From positions 19,349-76,752 of the forward strand of contig DFGM01000105.1 of assembly GCA_002371755.1 (NCBI GenBank): DNA of 57,404 bases. The letters run 5' to 3'. The notes under the pieces were generated by a model. It was not told the origin of the DNA and did no database searches. It saw nothing but the letters and a program-made list of their open reading frames with translations. Positions within the stretch are counted from its first letter, which is position 1, and every line of letters starts with the position of its first letter. Shown one piece after another: positions 1 through 9,939 of this stretch. The stretch comes from Verrucomicrobia bacterium UBA3750. Its GTDB lineage: Bacteria; Verrucomicrobiota; Kiritimatiellia; RFP12; UBA1067. The position numbers and the translations under genes are program-made.

Positions 1-248
1 AAGTAGCGGTAGCTCTGGTCGTGGGTGCCGGGAAGCCCCACGTATTCATCCAGATTCCAGCTCTTCACTTCCTTGTAGGAAACCTTCTTGGCTTTTACCG
101 CCTTGGCCATTTCGGAGTACATGAGTACCGGAGTGGAGCCTGTGGCGAGCCCAAGAACGGTCTTCGGGTTCTTCTTCACTGCCGCGTTGATCATCTCCGC
201 AGCGAGTTTCGACGCTTCTTCTTTGGTCTTGCAGACTACTATTTCCAT
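1..248 (-). CDS. nagB: glucosamine-6-phosphate deaminase, N-terminal part (gene runs off the window start)
   Basis: Not in the ORF track. Reverse translation from ATG at 248 gives MEIVVCKTKEEASKLAAEMINAAVKKNPKTVLGLATGSTPVLMYSEMAKAVKAKKVSYKEVKSWNLDEYVGLPGTHDQSYRY. LGLATGSTP and NLDEYVGL are NagB-family signatures. Confidence 0.8.
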   Translation of the reverse strand, partial: MEIVVCKTKEEASKLAAEMINAAVKKNPKTVLGLATGSTPVLMYSEMAKAVKAKKVSYKEVKSWNLDEYVGLPGTHDQSYRY

Positions 249-284
249 GGTTGAATTCTCTTATGGGGTTGAGATTATGTGGGT

Positions 285-313
285 ATTATACTAAATCTTT
301 CAGTCGATGTAAA
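285..313 (-). promoter_or_regulatory. sigma70-type promoter for nagB (TTTACA-17-TATAAT)
   Basis: Minus strand reads TTTACA (313-308), a 17-nt spacer, then TAGTATAAT (-10 at 290-285). A 36-nt leader follows with an AAGAGAA purine tract before ATG 248. Confidence 0.5.
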
Positions 314-1358
314 GCGGGGGAATCTTGATAGGTTCTCGCTTTCTGCGGCTTGCGGCGGGTGTTTCCTGCGCAATCGGCTGGGCGGGCGCAGTCCTGGGCT
401 GAGGCTCCGGAGCGCCGGGGAGTGCCGTGGGGGAGGTCTCGGAAACGCCCGGAATATCGGTTTGAGGTGCATTCGTGGCTGCGTTCCAGACTTTCGAGGC
501 GAGAGACCAGACGCCCCAGAGAACGAGGCACGCGACAACGGCGAGAGTCGCGAAACGCCAAACGGTCGGGTTCACGCTGAAACCGGAATTCCTGCTGGAG
601 TCGATGTCGATAGGAGCTGGAGCGGCGTATCTGGAAGCCCCGCGCGGCTTCGGCGGGGTCTGGGCGGCGTTGGCGCGGTTCACGAGTTCTGCGAATCTCA
701 CGGCGCTGCCAAGTTCTTCATCCTCTTGCGCCGGCGCTGGTGTCTCTGGCGAGAGATTGCCGGCCGGAGTGGCGGGCGGCGCATCCATGAACGCCGTGGG
801 GAGCGTTTCGCCTTCGAGCCTGAAAGGTTCTTCTCCGTTATTCTCTTGCAGCGTCTCGCCTTCCTCTTCCTGTGGAGCGGAAAAGAATGTGGTGGCTGCG
901 TCGTCATTGTCGCTTGGCGCGGGCGATTCCTCCTGGAAGGAGTGGGTTGCCTGACGGCTGCCCGCCATCTCCGCCGGCTGTTGAGACGGAGGGGGTGGAG
1001 GCGGTGGCGGCGCGAGAGGCGAATCCATCGTCACTTCAGTATCGTCGTAGGATGGCGTAGTCGGCGCCGCGGGGGGCGTCGGCGGCTCTACGGCCCGCTT
1101 TGCGCGGATCGCGGGCTGTCTGTTGCCGTTGTAGATCTCCATGAATTCCTCTACCAGCGGCTTCGGTTCAAGATCCACCGCTTCGCAAAAGAGTTTCACG
1201 AAACCGCGCCCGTAGATGGGCGCTGCGATGCGAGAAAAGTTTTCGTTCTCCAGGTCTTCGATTTGCTGTGGAAGCATGCGCGTGATTTCGGAAACCTGGG
1301 CGATTGTCAGGCCCTTGTCCTCGCGCGCCTTGCGCAGTGTATAGCCGAATTCGATCAT
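300..1358 (-). CDS. RodZ-like HTH membrane protein (XRE-type HTH, Pro-rich linker, single TM)
   Basis: N-terminal HTH LTIAQVSEITRMLPQQIEDLENENF. Long Pro/Ala/Glu-rich linker (PPPPPPPPSQQP). Single TM WRFATLAVVACLVLWGVWSLA. ATGA overlap with the ftsK stop at 1355-1358. Confidence 0.6.
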   Translation of the reverse strand: MIEFGYTLRKAREDKGLTIAQVSEITRMLPQQIEDLENENFSRIAAPIYGRGFVKLFCEAVDLEPKPLVEEFMEIYNGNRQPAIRAKRAVEPPTPPAAPTTPSYDDTEVTMDSPLAPPPPPPPPSQQPAEMAGSRQATHSFQEESPAPSDNDDAATTFFSAPQEEEGETLQENNGEEPFRLEGETLPTAFMDAPPATPAGNLSPETPAPAQEDEELGSAVRFAELVNRANAAQTPPKPRGASRYAAPAPIDIDSSRNSGFSVNPTVWRFATLAVVACLVLWGVWSLASKVWNAATNAPQTDIPGVSETSPTALPGAPEPQPRTAPAQPIAQETPAASRRKREPIKIPPLYID

Positions 1359-3943
1359 AGCGGCAGCTCCTCGTCGTTTAGTGGTTCGTTCGTGTTATCG
1401 CCTTGGACACTATCCGGTGCGTCTGCGGCCGGAGCGTCGGCGCCGGCCGCGCCCTGTTCGCCCGTCGGCACTTCGGCGCCGTTCATTATGGCGACAAGCT
1501 GGTTCTGGTCCAAAAGAATCGTGCGCGGGCCGGCTCCGCTTTGCGGCGCGATGACGCCGTTTTCTTCCAGTTTGTCGCATATCTTCGCGGCATGGTTGTA
1601 ACCGATGCCGAGTTTGCGCTGGAAGTGCGAGACCGAGGCGCGCTTCGTGTTTATGATTACTTCGATGGCGCGTTTGTAGAGGTCGTCGTTTTCGGCGGCA
1701 CGCATCTGGGTGCGCGTACCTTCCGGAGAAGAAGTGGAACTCTCGTCGCCGGATTGATTGTCAGGGTCATCCTCGTTGGAGGCGAAAGGATCTTCTATCG
1801 CGGCCTCTTTGACTCGTCCTAGCTTCGTGGCGAACTTTTCGTCGAACTGCACGTCGGCATGTTCCTCGATGAAGCCAGTGATGCGGGCGATTTCCTCGTC
1901 GGATATCCATGCGCCTTGCGCACGAATGAGAATGCCGTCCTTCGATTTGAAGAGCATGTCGCCGCGCCCGATCAGGTTCTCGGCGCCGGAATCGTCGAGA
2001 ATCGTGCGCGAATCGAGTGCCTGCGCGGTCTTGAATGCGACGCGACCCGGGATGTTCGCTTTGATTGTGCCGGTAATCACTTTTGCGTCCGGACGCTGCG
2101 TCGCCAATATGAGGTGGATTCCCGCCGCGCGCGCTTTTGCGGTGAGGCGCGAGATGTCCGGCGTCACCTCTTTTGCGGAGGTGCTCATGAGGTCGGCAAC
2201 TTCATCGATGATTATGACAATATAGGGAATTGTGCGAGGTGCGTCTACCGTGGTTTCGCCGCCACCGAACATGTCGGGCTGCGAGAACACCTTTCTGTGG
2301 TTGAAGTCGAATATGTTTCTCACCTTGCAGCGCGCGAAGAGTTTCAGGCGTTTTTCCATCTCCGCCACGGCCCAATGAAGAGCGAAGACCACTTTCCGGT
2401 TGTCTGTGATAACCGGCACGAGGAGGTGCGGAATGGATGCGTACGGCGTGAACTCCACGCTTTTGGGGTCTACCATGATGAGCTTGAGCTGCTCCGGCGT
2501 TCGCGTCATGAGAAGTCCGTTGATGAGCGAATTTAGGCAGACGGATTTGCCCTGGCCCGTGGCGCCCGCGACGAGCATGTGCGGCATTGTGGCCAAATCC
2601 GCGACGAGTTCGCGGCCTGCGGCATCCTTGCCGAAGAGGAGCGGGAGCTCCGCCTTGGACTTGCGCCAGACGGCTGACTCGAAAATCTCGCGGAACGAAA
2701 TGCCCGCGGGCTTCACGTTCGGCACTTCGATGCCGACGCGGTCTTTGCCGGGCACGGGTGCTTCGATACGCAGCGACTTCGCATGCATGGCACCCATGAT
2801 GTTGTCGGAAAGGCTCGTCACTGCGGAATACCTCGTGCCCGGGGCGAGCTCGAGTTCGTATTTGGTCACGACGGGTCCTGTGACGGTGTCGGCAAGCGTG
2901 GATTCGATGTTGAAGAGTTTGAGCGTGTCGGTGAGCCGCTTGCCTGTTTCGGCCACATTGCCATGGTCTGCGGCGGAAGCGGGGATCGGGTTGAGGAGCG
3001 TGACGGGCGGCAGCACGTAAGGACCTTTGGAAGGCTTTGCTTCTTCTTCCGGCGCACTCCCCGCTTCCGCCTTGTCTGCCGCACGGACAGTCTGGGCGGC
3101 TTTTTGCTGCGCGGCGGCCGTGCGCGCGGCATCCTTCTCGGCACGGATTCTTGCCTGTTCTTCGGCGCGTTCGCGTTCGCGCTCGGCCTTTATGCGCTCC
3201 TTTTCGGCCTTGATGCGTTCTTTGTCGGAAAGGCGTTCGCGTTTTGCGGCTTCCTTCGCTTCCATTGCCGCATCCAATGCATCCTGCATCGGGTCGGCGG
3301 CATCTTCTTCGTCGGCTTCCTTTGCGCCCTTGCGGGCTTCACGCGTGAACTTGCCCGTCAACGCCCAATTCGCAAGACATGCGAAGAATACGCCGATTTC
3401 CCTGACGCCAATGATACCAACAAGAGAAGCGAAAAGCGCGACAACTGCAATCACGGACGATCCGAAGTCCGACAGAAGGGGAGAGAGGAAACGTGTCATG
3501 ACGAGATACCCCGTCACGCCGCCGGCATTCTGGATGTTGACGCGTTCCATGAGTGCCGCGAGTCCCGGCGCGTGGGACTGCGAGTTTTGCATGAGGCACG
3601 CCGCGGCGACGATGAAAAGGGCGAACCACGCCTTCGATTTGAGCGGCCTAGCGCTCCAGCCGGCAACCACTCTCACGCCCCACAGGAGGCATGCAGCGGG
3701 CACGGTCCAGATGGCAAAACCGAAGAACTGGTATCCGTGATAGGCAAAGACGTCGCCGAGCGCACCCACCCAGTTGGATGAAGGCACGCACGGCAGGTGA
3801 AGCGCCTCGATGGCGCGCCAATCGTAGCTCATGAGCGCAACCAGGGGGAAAAGCGCAACCGGGAAGAGCACCCAGCCGATAAGACGGGCACCAGCATCCT
3901 TTCCTTTTTGGAACTCAGGGTCTTGTGAAAGAGCTTCGCTCAT
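1355..3943 (-). CDS. ftsK: DNA translocase FtsK/SpoIIIE
   Basis: 862 aa. N-terminal TM segments and a Lys/Glu/Ala-rich linker. Motor domain with Walker A GATGQGKS and Walker B IIIDEVADL. C-terminal winged-helix gamma domain SVSHFQRKLGIGYNHAAKICDKLEENGVI. SD AAAGGA lies 5 nt before the ATG. Confidence 0.95.
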   Translation of the reverse strand: MSEALSQDPEFQKGKDAGARLIGWVLFPVALFPLVALMSYDWRAIEALHLPCVPSSNWVGALGDVFAYHGYQFFGFAIWTVPAACLLWGVRVVAGWSARPLKSKAWFALFIVAAACLMQNSQSHAPGLAALMERVNIQNAGGVTGYLVMTRFLSPLLSDFGSSVIAVVALFASLVGIIGVREIGVFFACLANWALTGKFTREARKGAKEADEEDAADPMQDALDAAMEAKEAAKRERLSDKERIKAEKERIKAERERERAEEQARIRAEKDAARTAAAQQKAAQTVRAADKAEAGSAPEEEAKPSKGPYVLPPVTLLNPIPASAADHGNVAETGKRLTDTLKLFNIESTLADTVTGPVVTKYELELAPGTRYSAVTSLSDNIMGAMHAKSLRIEAPVPGKDRVGIEVPNVKPAGISFREIFESAVWRKSKAELPLLFGKDAAGRELVADLATMPHMLVAGATGQGKSVCLNSLINGLLMTRTPEQLKLIMVDPKSVEFTPYASIPHLLVPVITDNRKVVFALHWAVAEMEKRLKLFARCKVRNIFDFNHRKVFSQPDMFGGGETTVDAPRTIPYIVIIIDEVADLMSTSAKEVTPDISRLTAKARAAGIHLILATQRPDAKVITGTIKANIPGRVAFKTAQALDSRTILDDSGAENLIGRGDMLFKSKDGILIRAQGAWISDEEIARITGFIEEHADVQFDEKFATKLGRVKEAAIEDPFASNEDDPDNQSGDESSTSSPEGTRTQMRAAENDDLYKRAIEVIINTKRASVSHFQRKLGIGYNHAAKICDKLEENGVIAPQSGAGPRTILLDQNQLVAIMNGAEVPTGEQGAAGADAPAADAPDSVQGDNTNEPLNDEELPL

Positions 3944-4100
3944 CTGTCCTTTCGAATTTCGTCTTTTGCAACGCTCCGTCGCTTGGTTTCATCGAATAGT
4001 ATATGACAAAGGCAAGAATGAGGGCGAGGAGTTTCAGCCCCCAATTGGCCGTTACGAGGGAGAGCGCCCTGAGGGCGATGTTGGGGCGGGTGCTTTTCAT
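3915..4100 (-). CDS. 61-aa membrane protein resembling only the N-terminal TM anchor of CdaR/YbbR
   Basis: NWGLKLLALILAFVIYY matches the N-terminal TM helix pattern of YbbR/CdaR regulators. ATGA overlap with the cdaA stop (4097-4100), the usual cdaA-cdaR arrangement. No YbbR repeats follow. The 3' end overlaps the ftsK start by 29 nt. Confidence 0.4.
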   Translation of the reverse strand: MKSTRPNIALRALSLVTANWGLKLLALILAFVIYYSMKPSDGALQKTKFERTDERSSFTRP

Positions 4101-4945
4101 GGTTTTTCCTCCGCTTCCTCTTTCTGCACGAATAGCCTCTGGAACGGCTTGAAAAGCTTGGATACGAGGCTCGTGTCGCGCTGGTCGTCGGGAAGGGCCC
4201 GCGATACCCAGCGCATCAGCGAGGCCGTCTGAGCGGGTGCGTATCTGTAGAGCTTGCCGTTTCGGGCGACCGATATGATGCCGCGCTCCTCGGATACCAC
4301 TATAACTAGTGCATCTGTTTCCTCGGAAAGGCCCACGGCCGCACGGTGGCGCATGCCGCTCGCTATGAGATTCGGATTGTTGGACACCGGGAAGATGCAG
4401 TGTGCGCTCGAAATGCGCCCGTCACGCATTACGACGCCGCCGTCATGGAGCGGCAAAGGCGGTGTGAAGATGGATTTCACCATCTCCGGCGTGAATATCG
4501 CATCCGTCATGACGCCTGTCGATTCGTAGGCCCTCAGCGAAATGCCGCGCTCGAATGCAATCAGCGCACCCATTCTGCGCTTTGCGAGCTCCTGGAGGGT
4601 CTCCACCACGAGTTCGGGCGTGGCCGAGCCGTCTGCATGATGCTTGGGCGTTTCGAAATAGCCAAACGCACCCACGGCCTGCAGAAAACGCCGTATCTCC
4701 GGCTGGAATATCACAACCGTCGAAATCGCCATATATATAAGGAGTATCTGGACTATCCTTGAAAGGACGTCGAAATGGAACGCAAACGAAAAAACGCCGG
4801 CCAAAGTCGCCAGAACACCGATTCCCATCAATGCTTGACCGAAACGCGAGCCTTTCGCCCCTTTCAATATCGCGTATATGGCGAAATAGAGGACAGCGAT
4901 CTGCACCGCATCCGAGAGCGAGATGTTTCTGGCCATTTCAATCAT
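4097..4945 (-). CDS. cdaA: diadenylate cyclase (c-di-AMP synthase), membrane-bound CdaA type
   Basis: Three N-terminal TMs followed by a DAC/DisA_N domain. Motifs PLHDGGVVM and GMRHRAAVGLSEETDALVIVVSEERG. ATGA overlap with the ftsH stop. Confidence 0.9.
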   Translation of the reverse strand: MIEMARNISLSDAVQIAVLYFAIYAILKGAKGSRFGQALMGIGVLATLAGVFSFAFHFDVLSRIVQILLIYMAISTVVIFQPEIRRFLQAVGAFGYFETPKHHADGSATPELVVETLQELAKRRMGALIAFERGISLRAYESTGVMTDAIFTPEMVKSIFTPPLPLHDGGVVMRDGRISSAHCIFPVSNNPNLIASGMRHRAAVGLSEETDALVIVVSEERGIISVARNGKLYRYAPAQTASLMRWVSRALPDDQRDTSLVSKLFKPFQRLFVQKEEAEEKP

Positions 4946-6888
4946 TCGGCAGATTCCTCTTTTTGCGCCGGCTCTTCGACGCCCGGCGCCGGCTCTTCGG
5001 TCTTGCTCCCGTCGGCTTCGGGTTCGACCGTTTCGCGCCTAATGCCGACGAGTTTCTCTACTTCGCGCCCGTCCATGGTCTCTTTCTCGACGAGTGTGGT
5101 CGCGAGGAGCGAAAGCTTTTCTTTGTTCTGCTCCAGCAATTCTTTCGCTTTCGCATATGCGGAATTGACAAGCGAGGATACTTCTGCGTCTACAGCCCTG
5201 GCTGTTTCCTCGCTGAAAGGCGGAGGCATCGTTTCCTGGCTCCAACGGTTCGACTCCACAAAGGACTGGAAGCCGAACTTTTCGCTCATGCCGTATACGC
5301 ACACCATGTTGCGCGCGATTTCGGTGGTTTGCTGGATATCCTGGCTCGCACCGGTGGAAATATCGCCTGTGAGCATTTCTTCGGCTATGCGTCCGCCGCA
5401 GCAAACGACCATTTCATCGAGGAAGTAGCTCTTGGTGCGGCCAAGGACGTCCTTTTCGGGGAGGGCCATCGTTGCGCCGAGCGCCCTGCCGCGCGGAATA
5501 ATCGTGACCTTGTGGAGAGGGTCGGCATTGGTCATGAGGAGTTGCAGAAGCGCGTGCCCGGCTTCGTGCCAAGCTGTCCTTTCGCGGTCCTTGGGCGAGT
5601 ATCCCGCCGATTTGCGCTCTCTTCCCCAAAGCACCTTGTCGCGAGCTTCTTCGAGAGTCGCCATGTCCACGGCATCGAGTTTCTTTCTGACAGCCATGAG
5701 CGCGGCTTCGTTGAGGAGATTGGCAAGGTCCGCCCCGCTGAAGCCGGGCGTGCCGCGTGCCACGCGCTTCAAGTCGGCGTCGGGACCGAACTTGATCTTC
5801 TTGCCGTGCAGCGCGAGTATCTCTTCGCGCCCCTTGAGGGTGGGAAGATCTATCATTACCTGCCTGTCGAAGCGCCCGGGCCTGAGCAGAGCCGAATCAA
5901 GCGTGTCTGGACGGTTCGTGGCGGCAATCACAATCACGCCTTCGTTGGCGTCGAAGCCGTCCATTTCCACGAGCATCGTGTTCAGGGTCTGTTCATAGGC
6001 GTGGCTGGAGCCGAGGGCGCCTGCGCCGGAACGCTTCATGCCGATGGAGTCTATTTCGTCGATGAAGATTATGCAAGGGGCTTGCTTCTTAGCCTCCGCG
6101 AACATGTCGCGCATGCGGCTTGCGCCCACGCCCACGAACATTTCCTCGAAGTCGGAACCGCTGATCGAAAAGAACGGCACTTTGGCTTCGCCGGCGATGG
6201 CTCTTGCGAGCAAAGTCTTTCCCGTGCCGGGCGGCCCTACGAGAAGCACGCCTTTCGGAATCCTGCCGCCGAGCTTGCGGAATGCGTCGGGACTCTTGAG
6301 GAACTCGACTATTTCCTGCACCTCTTCTTTCGCCTCGTCGATGCCGGCGACGTCGTTGAACGTGGTGCGCTTCTTGTCTTCGCGCCCTGTGAGGAGTTTG
6401 GCGCGCGACTTTCCGAAACCGAAAGGCCCGCCGTCTCCACCCATCTTGCGCGAGAAGAACCACCAGAAGAGCGCCATGAATGCGACAAAGAAGATCAGCT
6501 GCATCATGAAAGGCGATATCGCGCTCTTGCGCTCTTCCACTTTCACCGCCAGCCCTCTTGTGAAGAGGTCTTCCATCAAGGTTTCGTTTTCGCCGGGGAC
6601 GAGCTTCACGCGATAGTCAATGGTGACGGGTGCACCATTTTGCGCGAGCTTGTCTTTGAGCTCCATTTTGCCTTTGAGACTAGTCTCCCCGTCCTCGCGG
6701 TCGATAAAGCGGATGATGGGCTCCACGATGCGTCCGTCTTCCAAGGCCTTGTAGAACTCGAGCTGCGTCAACTCCCTTACCTGCGGCATGTTTGGGTTCA
6801 TGCGATAAAGCGAAAGGAAGGTCAGCGCGACGAGGGCGATGAGCAGCCAAGACCTGGTCTTTGGATTAGCGTTCTTTTTCTTTCTCAT
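4942..6888 (-). CDS. ftsH: ATP-dependent zinc metalloprotease FtsH
   Basis: Walker A GPPGTGKT, Walker B IIFIDEID, Zn site HEAGHAL. The ORF track starts at 6942, but the consensus promoter GGAATATGGTATAAT (6915-6901) lies inside that extension. I therefore set the start at ATG 6888 ([19 protein letters not shown]...). Confidence 0.9.
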   Translation of the reverse strand: MRKKKNANPKTRSWLLIALVALTFLSLYRMNPNMPQVRELTQLEFYKALEDGRIVEPIIRFIDREDGETSLKGKMELKDKLAQNGAPVTIDYRVKLVPGENETLMEDLFTRGLAVKVEERKSAISPFMMQLIFFVAFMALFWWFFSRKMGGDGGPFGFGKSRAKLLTGREDKKRTTFNDVAGIDEAKEEVQEIVEFLKSPDAFRKLGGRIPKGVLLVGPPGTGKTLLARAIAGEAKVPFFSISGSDFEEMFVGVGASRMRDMFAEAKKQAPCIIFIDEIDSIGMKRSGAGALGSSHAYEQTLNTMLVEMDGFDANEGVIVIAATNRPDTLDSALLRPGRFDRQVMIDLPTLKGREEILALHGKKIKFGPDADLKRVARGTPGFSGADLANLLNEAALMAVRKKLDAVDMATLEEARDKVLWGRERKSAGYSPKDRERTAWHEAGHALLQLLMTNADPLHKVTIIPRGRALGATMALPEKDVLGRTKSYFLDEMVVCCGGRIAEEMLTGDISTGASQDIQQTTEIARNMVCVYGMSEKFGFQSFVESNRWSQETMPPPFSEETARAVDAEVSSLVNSAYAKAKELLEQNKEKLSLLATTLVEKETMDGREVEKLVGIRRETVEPEADGSKTEEPAPGVEEPAQKEESAE

Positions 6889-6900
6889 GACAGTGCACAT

Positions 6901-6915
6901 ATTATACCATATTCC
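6901..6915 (-). promoter_or_regulatory. extended -10 promoter for ftsH (GGAATATGGTATAAT)
   Basis: Perfect copy of the window-wide motif on the minus strand. The -10 ends 12 nt before ATG 6888. Confidence 0.6.
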
Positions 6916-6969
6916 CCGCACTTGCGCCAGTGCGGCGCTCATGCGCGAGGAGCGTTGCTGCTGGGGTTG

Positions 6970-9318
6970 TCACACCGGGGCGCGGCGGAATTCGACGCGG
7001 CGGAGGAAGCGTATCTGGAGATAGGTGAAGCCTATCAGGGCGATGCCGAGAAACCAGGCCATGGTGGTCGCCGTGGAGAAGCGCAGGTTGTTGTAGGCTT
7101 CCTTCCAGATTTGCAGCGAGAGGACCTGGGTGGCGTCGCCGGGTCCGCCAAACGTCAAAAGGAATATTCCGCCCATTCCCTGGAAGGCGGCGATAAAGGC
7201 ACCTACGAAGTTGATTACCATGAGAGGAGCGAGTTGCGGCAGTGTGACATGGCGAAGGCGCGCTAGAAATCCGGCGCCGTCGATGGCGGCCGCTTCGTAA
7301 TAATCCTGCGGAAGCGACGAAAGTGCGGCTATGTAGATAAGCGAAGAAATGCCCGCCCCGGCCCAGACTCCGGGAAGAATGCAGCACACCATCGCCCAGG
7401 CGGGGTCTAGAAGCCAAGAGTGGCGGGCAATGCCTAATGTCGCCAAAACGCGATTCAGCATGCCGTTTTCGGTAGGGTCGAACATCAACTTCCAGAGAAG
7501 CGTGACCACCAATGCCGATGTAAGGTGCGGCAGGAAGTAGAGAAAACGGTAGAAAACCTTGCCTCGCGGTATTTCGCAGAGCATTATAGCGAGCACGACC
7601 GGCGTTACGAAGCCGAGTATCAGAGTGATGGCGACATATTCCAGAGTGCGGCCCCACGCAGCCCAAAAGCCGGGATCTGTTGCGACGCGTATGAAGTTGT
7701 CCAGCCCTGCGAAGCCGGGTTCTCCTACGATATGGTAGTCCTGAAACGCCATAATCGCTCCTTTGACAAGAGGATAATAGCTCCATACAAGCACCGAGGC
7801 AATGGCGGGGAGGAGGAAAAGCCAGGCTGCGATATTGCGGCGGAAACTCTCTTTCCCGTCCGGCAGCGATGCGATATGCCGTTTGGCGGGGACGTCTTTT
7901 TGCGCGCGCCGGACGATAAAGACGCAAACGAAAGCGCAGGCAATCAAGGCTCCGAGGATGATGCGGGCGTATGGACGTGCCTTTTCGATGCCTGATTTGT
8001 CGGAATCGAACATCAAGCCCCGGTTGGCATCGGCGGTAATCGATGAAAGCGCGGCGCGGCAATCCATGGCCGGACCTGAGTCGGAGAGGAGGATGCCGAG
8101 GAAACGGCGTTGGATTATATCGCTCGCCGCCTGCCAGAATCCCACCCACGGCTCGGTGACTGCCGCGATGTCACCGGTTTCGAGGTCGCGGTACATTTCA
8201 CGGATGCCGGCAGGCACGGTGGCGAGGGCGTTTTCGAATCCGAGGCGTTCCAAATCGGCCGGACGGCACCACATGGCTCTGTCTTCTTCGACGTTTCGCC
8301 GCACGTCATCGTCTGCGAGTTCCGGCGAAGCAAGGGCTTTCAGGCATTCCCAGGCGGCGTCGCGCGACTCTTTCGGGCGATGCGAGAGCGATTCGCTCAT
8401 CGCGTAGAAGTGTCTGTGGGCCTGCAAAACGCGTTTTCCTCCCTCGTCGCGGGCGGGGAATGGCATTATGCCGATGAGTTCGGAAGGGAAATTCAAGGTT
8501 TCGGTCAAGCGGCGGACGAGGTCTTCGCCGCCGAAGACGGCGGCTATTTCGCCATTGGCGAATAGCGAGCCTACTTCGTCGGCGACAGAAAGTGTGGGAA
8601 GTGCGCGCACAGAACCATCTTTCACCAGGGATTGAAGATATTCGGCGGCTGCTATGCATTCCGGAGAATCGAAATCCGCCTCGTATTCGCCATTCCCCTT
8701 ATCCTTTATAATGTCGCCGCCTGCCGATTGCACCCATGGGAGAAAGCCCCACGGACGGTTCTCTATCGCAAAAGCGCGCCGCCCCGGCACGGTGAGCTTG
8801 CGGCACCATGCGGAAAAGCCGTTCCAGGTGCGCGGAGGCTTTTCCGGGTCGAAACCGGCCTGCCGCACGAAGTCCTTGCGGTAGATGATTCCATAATATG
8901 CAGTGCCTGGCGTCGGGAGCGCCCAGACGTGTCCATCGAAAGCCCGCACCCTGTCCCACAAATCGGCGCTTCGGGAGATGCGATCGTACTCGCCGGAATC
9001 AAGCCATTCGTCCAATGGGTGGACGAATCCCTGGGAGACGTCGTGCCGGAGGATATGGAACCAAGCCTTGTAGATGTCGGGCGCGTTGCCGCCCGCCAGT
9101 GCAAGCATGAATGTGGCGCGGCCGCCGGCACCCGGCAGCACGAGCGAACCCCATTTCGCCGGTTCTATTTCCGGATGCCGCTTTACGAGGTCGAGGATGC
9201 GCCGTGTGGCGGGCTCTTCCGGGCGGTCGGGGTCGTAGGAAAACAAAAACGAAACGCGTTCCACGGCGCATGCGGCGGAAGCGCACGCGAGGAACGCGAT
9301 AGTCGCAAACAATCTCAC
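6970..9318 (-). CDS. ABC sugar-type importer component: periplasmic solute-binding domain fused to a MalF/UgpA-type permease
   Basis: Signal peptide VRLFATIAFLACASAACA from GTG 9318, 15 nt after the DJ-1 stop. About 430 aa of family-1 SBP-like sequence follow. The permease half has an EAA loop EAAAIDGAGFLARLRHVTLPQL. The track's upstream extension to 9594 overlaps the DJ-1 gene. Confidence 0.75.
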   Translation of the reverse strand: MRLFATIAFLACASAACAVERVSFLFSYDPDRPEEPATRRILDLVKRHPEIEPAKWGSLVLPGAGGRATFMLALAGGNAPDIYKAWFHILRHDVSQGFVHPLDEWLDSGEYDRISRSADLWDRVRAFDGHVWALPTPGTAYYGIIYRKDFVRQAGFDPEKPPRTWNGFSAWCRKLTVPGRRAFAIENRPWGFLPWVQSAGGDIIKDKGNGEYEADFDSPECIAAAEYLQSLVKDGSVRALPTLSVADEVGSLFANGEIAAVFGGEDLVRRLTETLNFPSELIGIMPFPARDEGGKRVLQAHRHFYAMSESLSHRPKESRDAAWECLKALASPELADDDVRRNVEEDRAMWCRPADLERLGFENALATVPAGIREMYRDLETGDIAAVTEPWVGFWQAASDIIQRRFLGILLSDSGPAMDCRAALSSITADANRGLMFDSDKSGIEKARPYARIILGALIACAFVCVFIVRRAQKDVPAKRHIASLPDGKESFRRNIAAWLFLLPAIASVLVWSYYPLVKGAIMAFQDYHIVGEPGFAGLDNFIRVATDPGFWAAWGRTLEYVAITLILGFVTPVVLAIMLCEIPRGKVFYRFLYFLPHLTSALVVTLLWKLMFDPTENGMLNRVLATLGIARHSWLLDPAWAMVCCILPGVWAGAGISSLIYIAALSSLPQDYYEAAAIDGAGFLARLRHVTLPQLAPLMVINFVGAFIAAFQGMGGIFLLTFGGPGDATQVLSLQIWKEAYNNLRFSTATTMAWFLGIALIGFTYLQIRFLRRVEFRRAPV

Positions 9319-9332
9319 CGCGTTTTCCCGGG

Positions 9333-9890
9333 TCAGTCCAGGACGTCGGTGACAAGGCCGCGGGCTACTTTCTGCGCGACGGCCCGGTTGGTGAGCGCTT
9401 GAAGGACGACCAGTGCGAAAAGCATGGATGCCCCCGGCGCTTGCCCGGTGATGACGTTGCCGTCCGCCACTGCAGGCACCCCGGCACTCTTGCGGTCGAG
9501 GTCCATTACGCAGGTCGGATAGCACGTCACATGCTGGTCGGGGTCGAGGACTCCTGCCTCTACAAGGACGAGAGGGGCTGCGCAGATTGCGCAAATGAGC
9601 CGTCCTTCTTCCTTTTGGCGCCGGAGGGCTTCAATCACGGCTTCGCTGTGGCGGAGGTTTTCCGTGCCTTCGCCGCCGCCGGGCAGGACGATGGCTTCGA
9701 AATCGTCGTCTTCGACATCGTCAAAGACGACGTCCGCCTCTGTCTTGATGCCGTGCGCGCCACGAACGCCAAGGGATGACGATATCGAAGCGGATATCGC
9801 CTCCACGCCGCCGCGACGGAGCACGTCGATTGTCGTGAAGGCTTCGATTTCCTCGAAGCCGTCTGCCAAGAGCACCAATGCTTTAGCCAT
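9333..9890 (-). CDS. DJ-1/PfpI family protein
   Basis: MAKALVLLADGFEEIE start, with SD GGAGGAGG 4 nt upstream of ATG 9890. Nucleophile-elbow Cys in RLICAICAAP. Confidence 0.8.
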   Translation of the reverse strand: MAKALVLLADGFEEIEAFTTIDVLRRGGVEAISASISSSLGVRGAHGIKTEADVVFDDVEDDDFEAIVLPGGGEGTENLRHSEAVIEALRRQKEEGRLICAICAAPLVLVEAGVLDPDQHVTCYPTCVMDLDRKSAGVPAVADGNVITGQAPGASMLFALVVLQALTNRAVAQKVARGLVTDVLD

Positions 9891-9939
9891 TTTCCTCCTC
9901 CGTTTTTCCGCCGTCAAACCCGTTTGGCCGTCCGGGGCT

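Noticed and set aside
4759-7266. Very long antisense ORFs: 835 aa opposite ftsH, 887 aa at 20305-22968, 514 aa at 28762-30306, 596 aa at 39073-40863, 663 aa at 53781-55772, and 874/415 aa variants around 6902-9594.
   Set aside because: They are artefacts of high GC content, which makes stop codons rare. Their translations are Arg/Gly/Ala/His-rich with no motifs. The opposite strand in each case encodes a protein with textbook motifs (FtsH, ABC ATPase, V-ATPase B, the giant protein, ClpC/ArgF).
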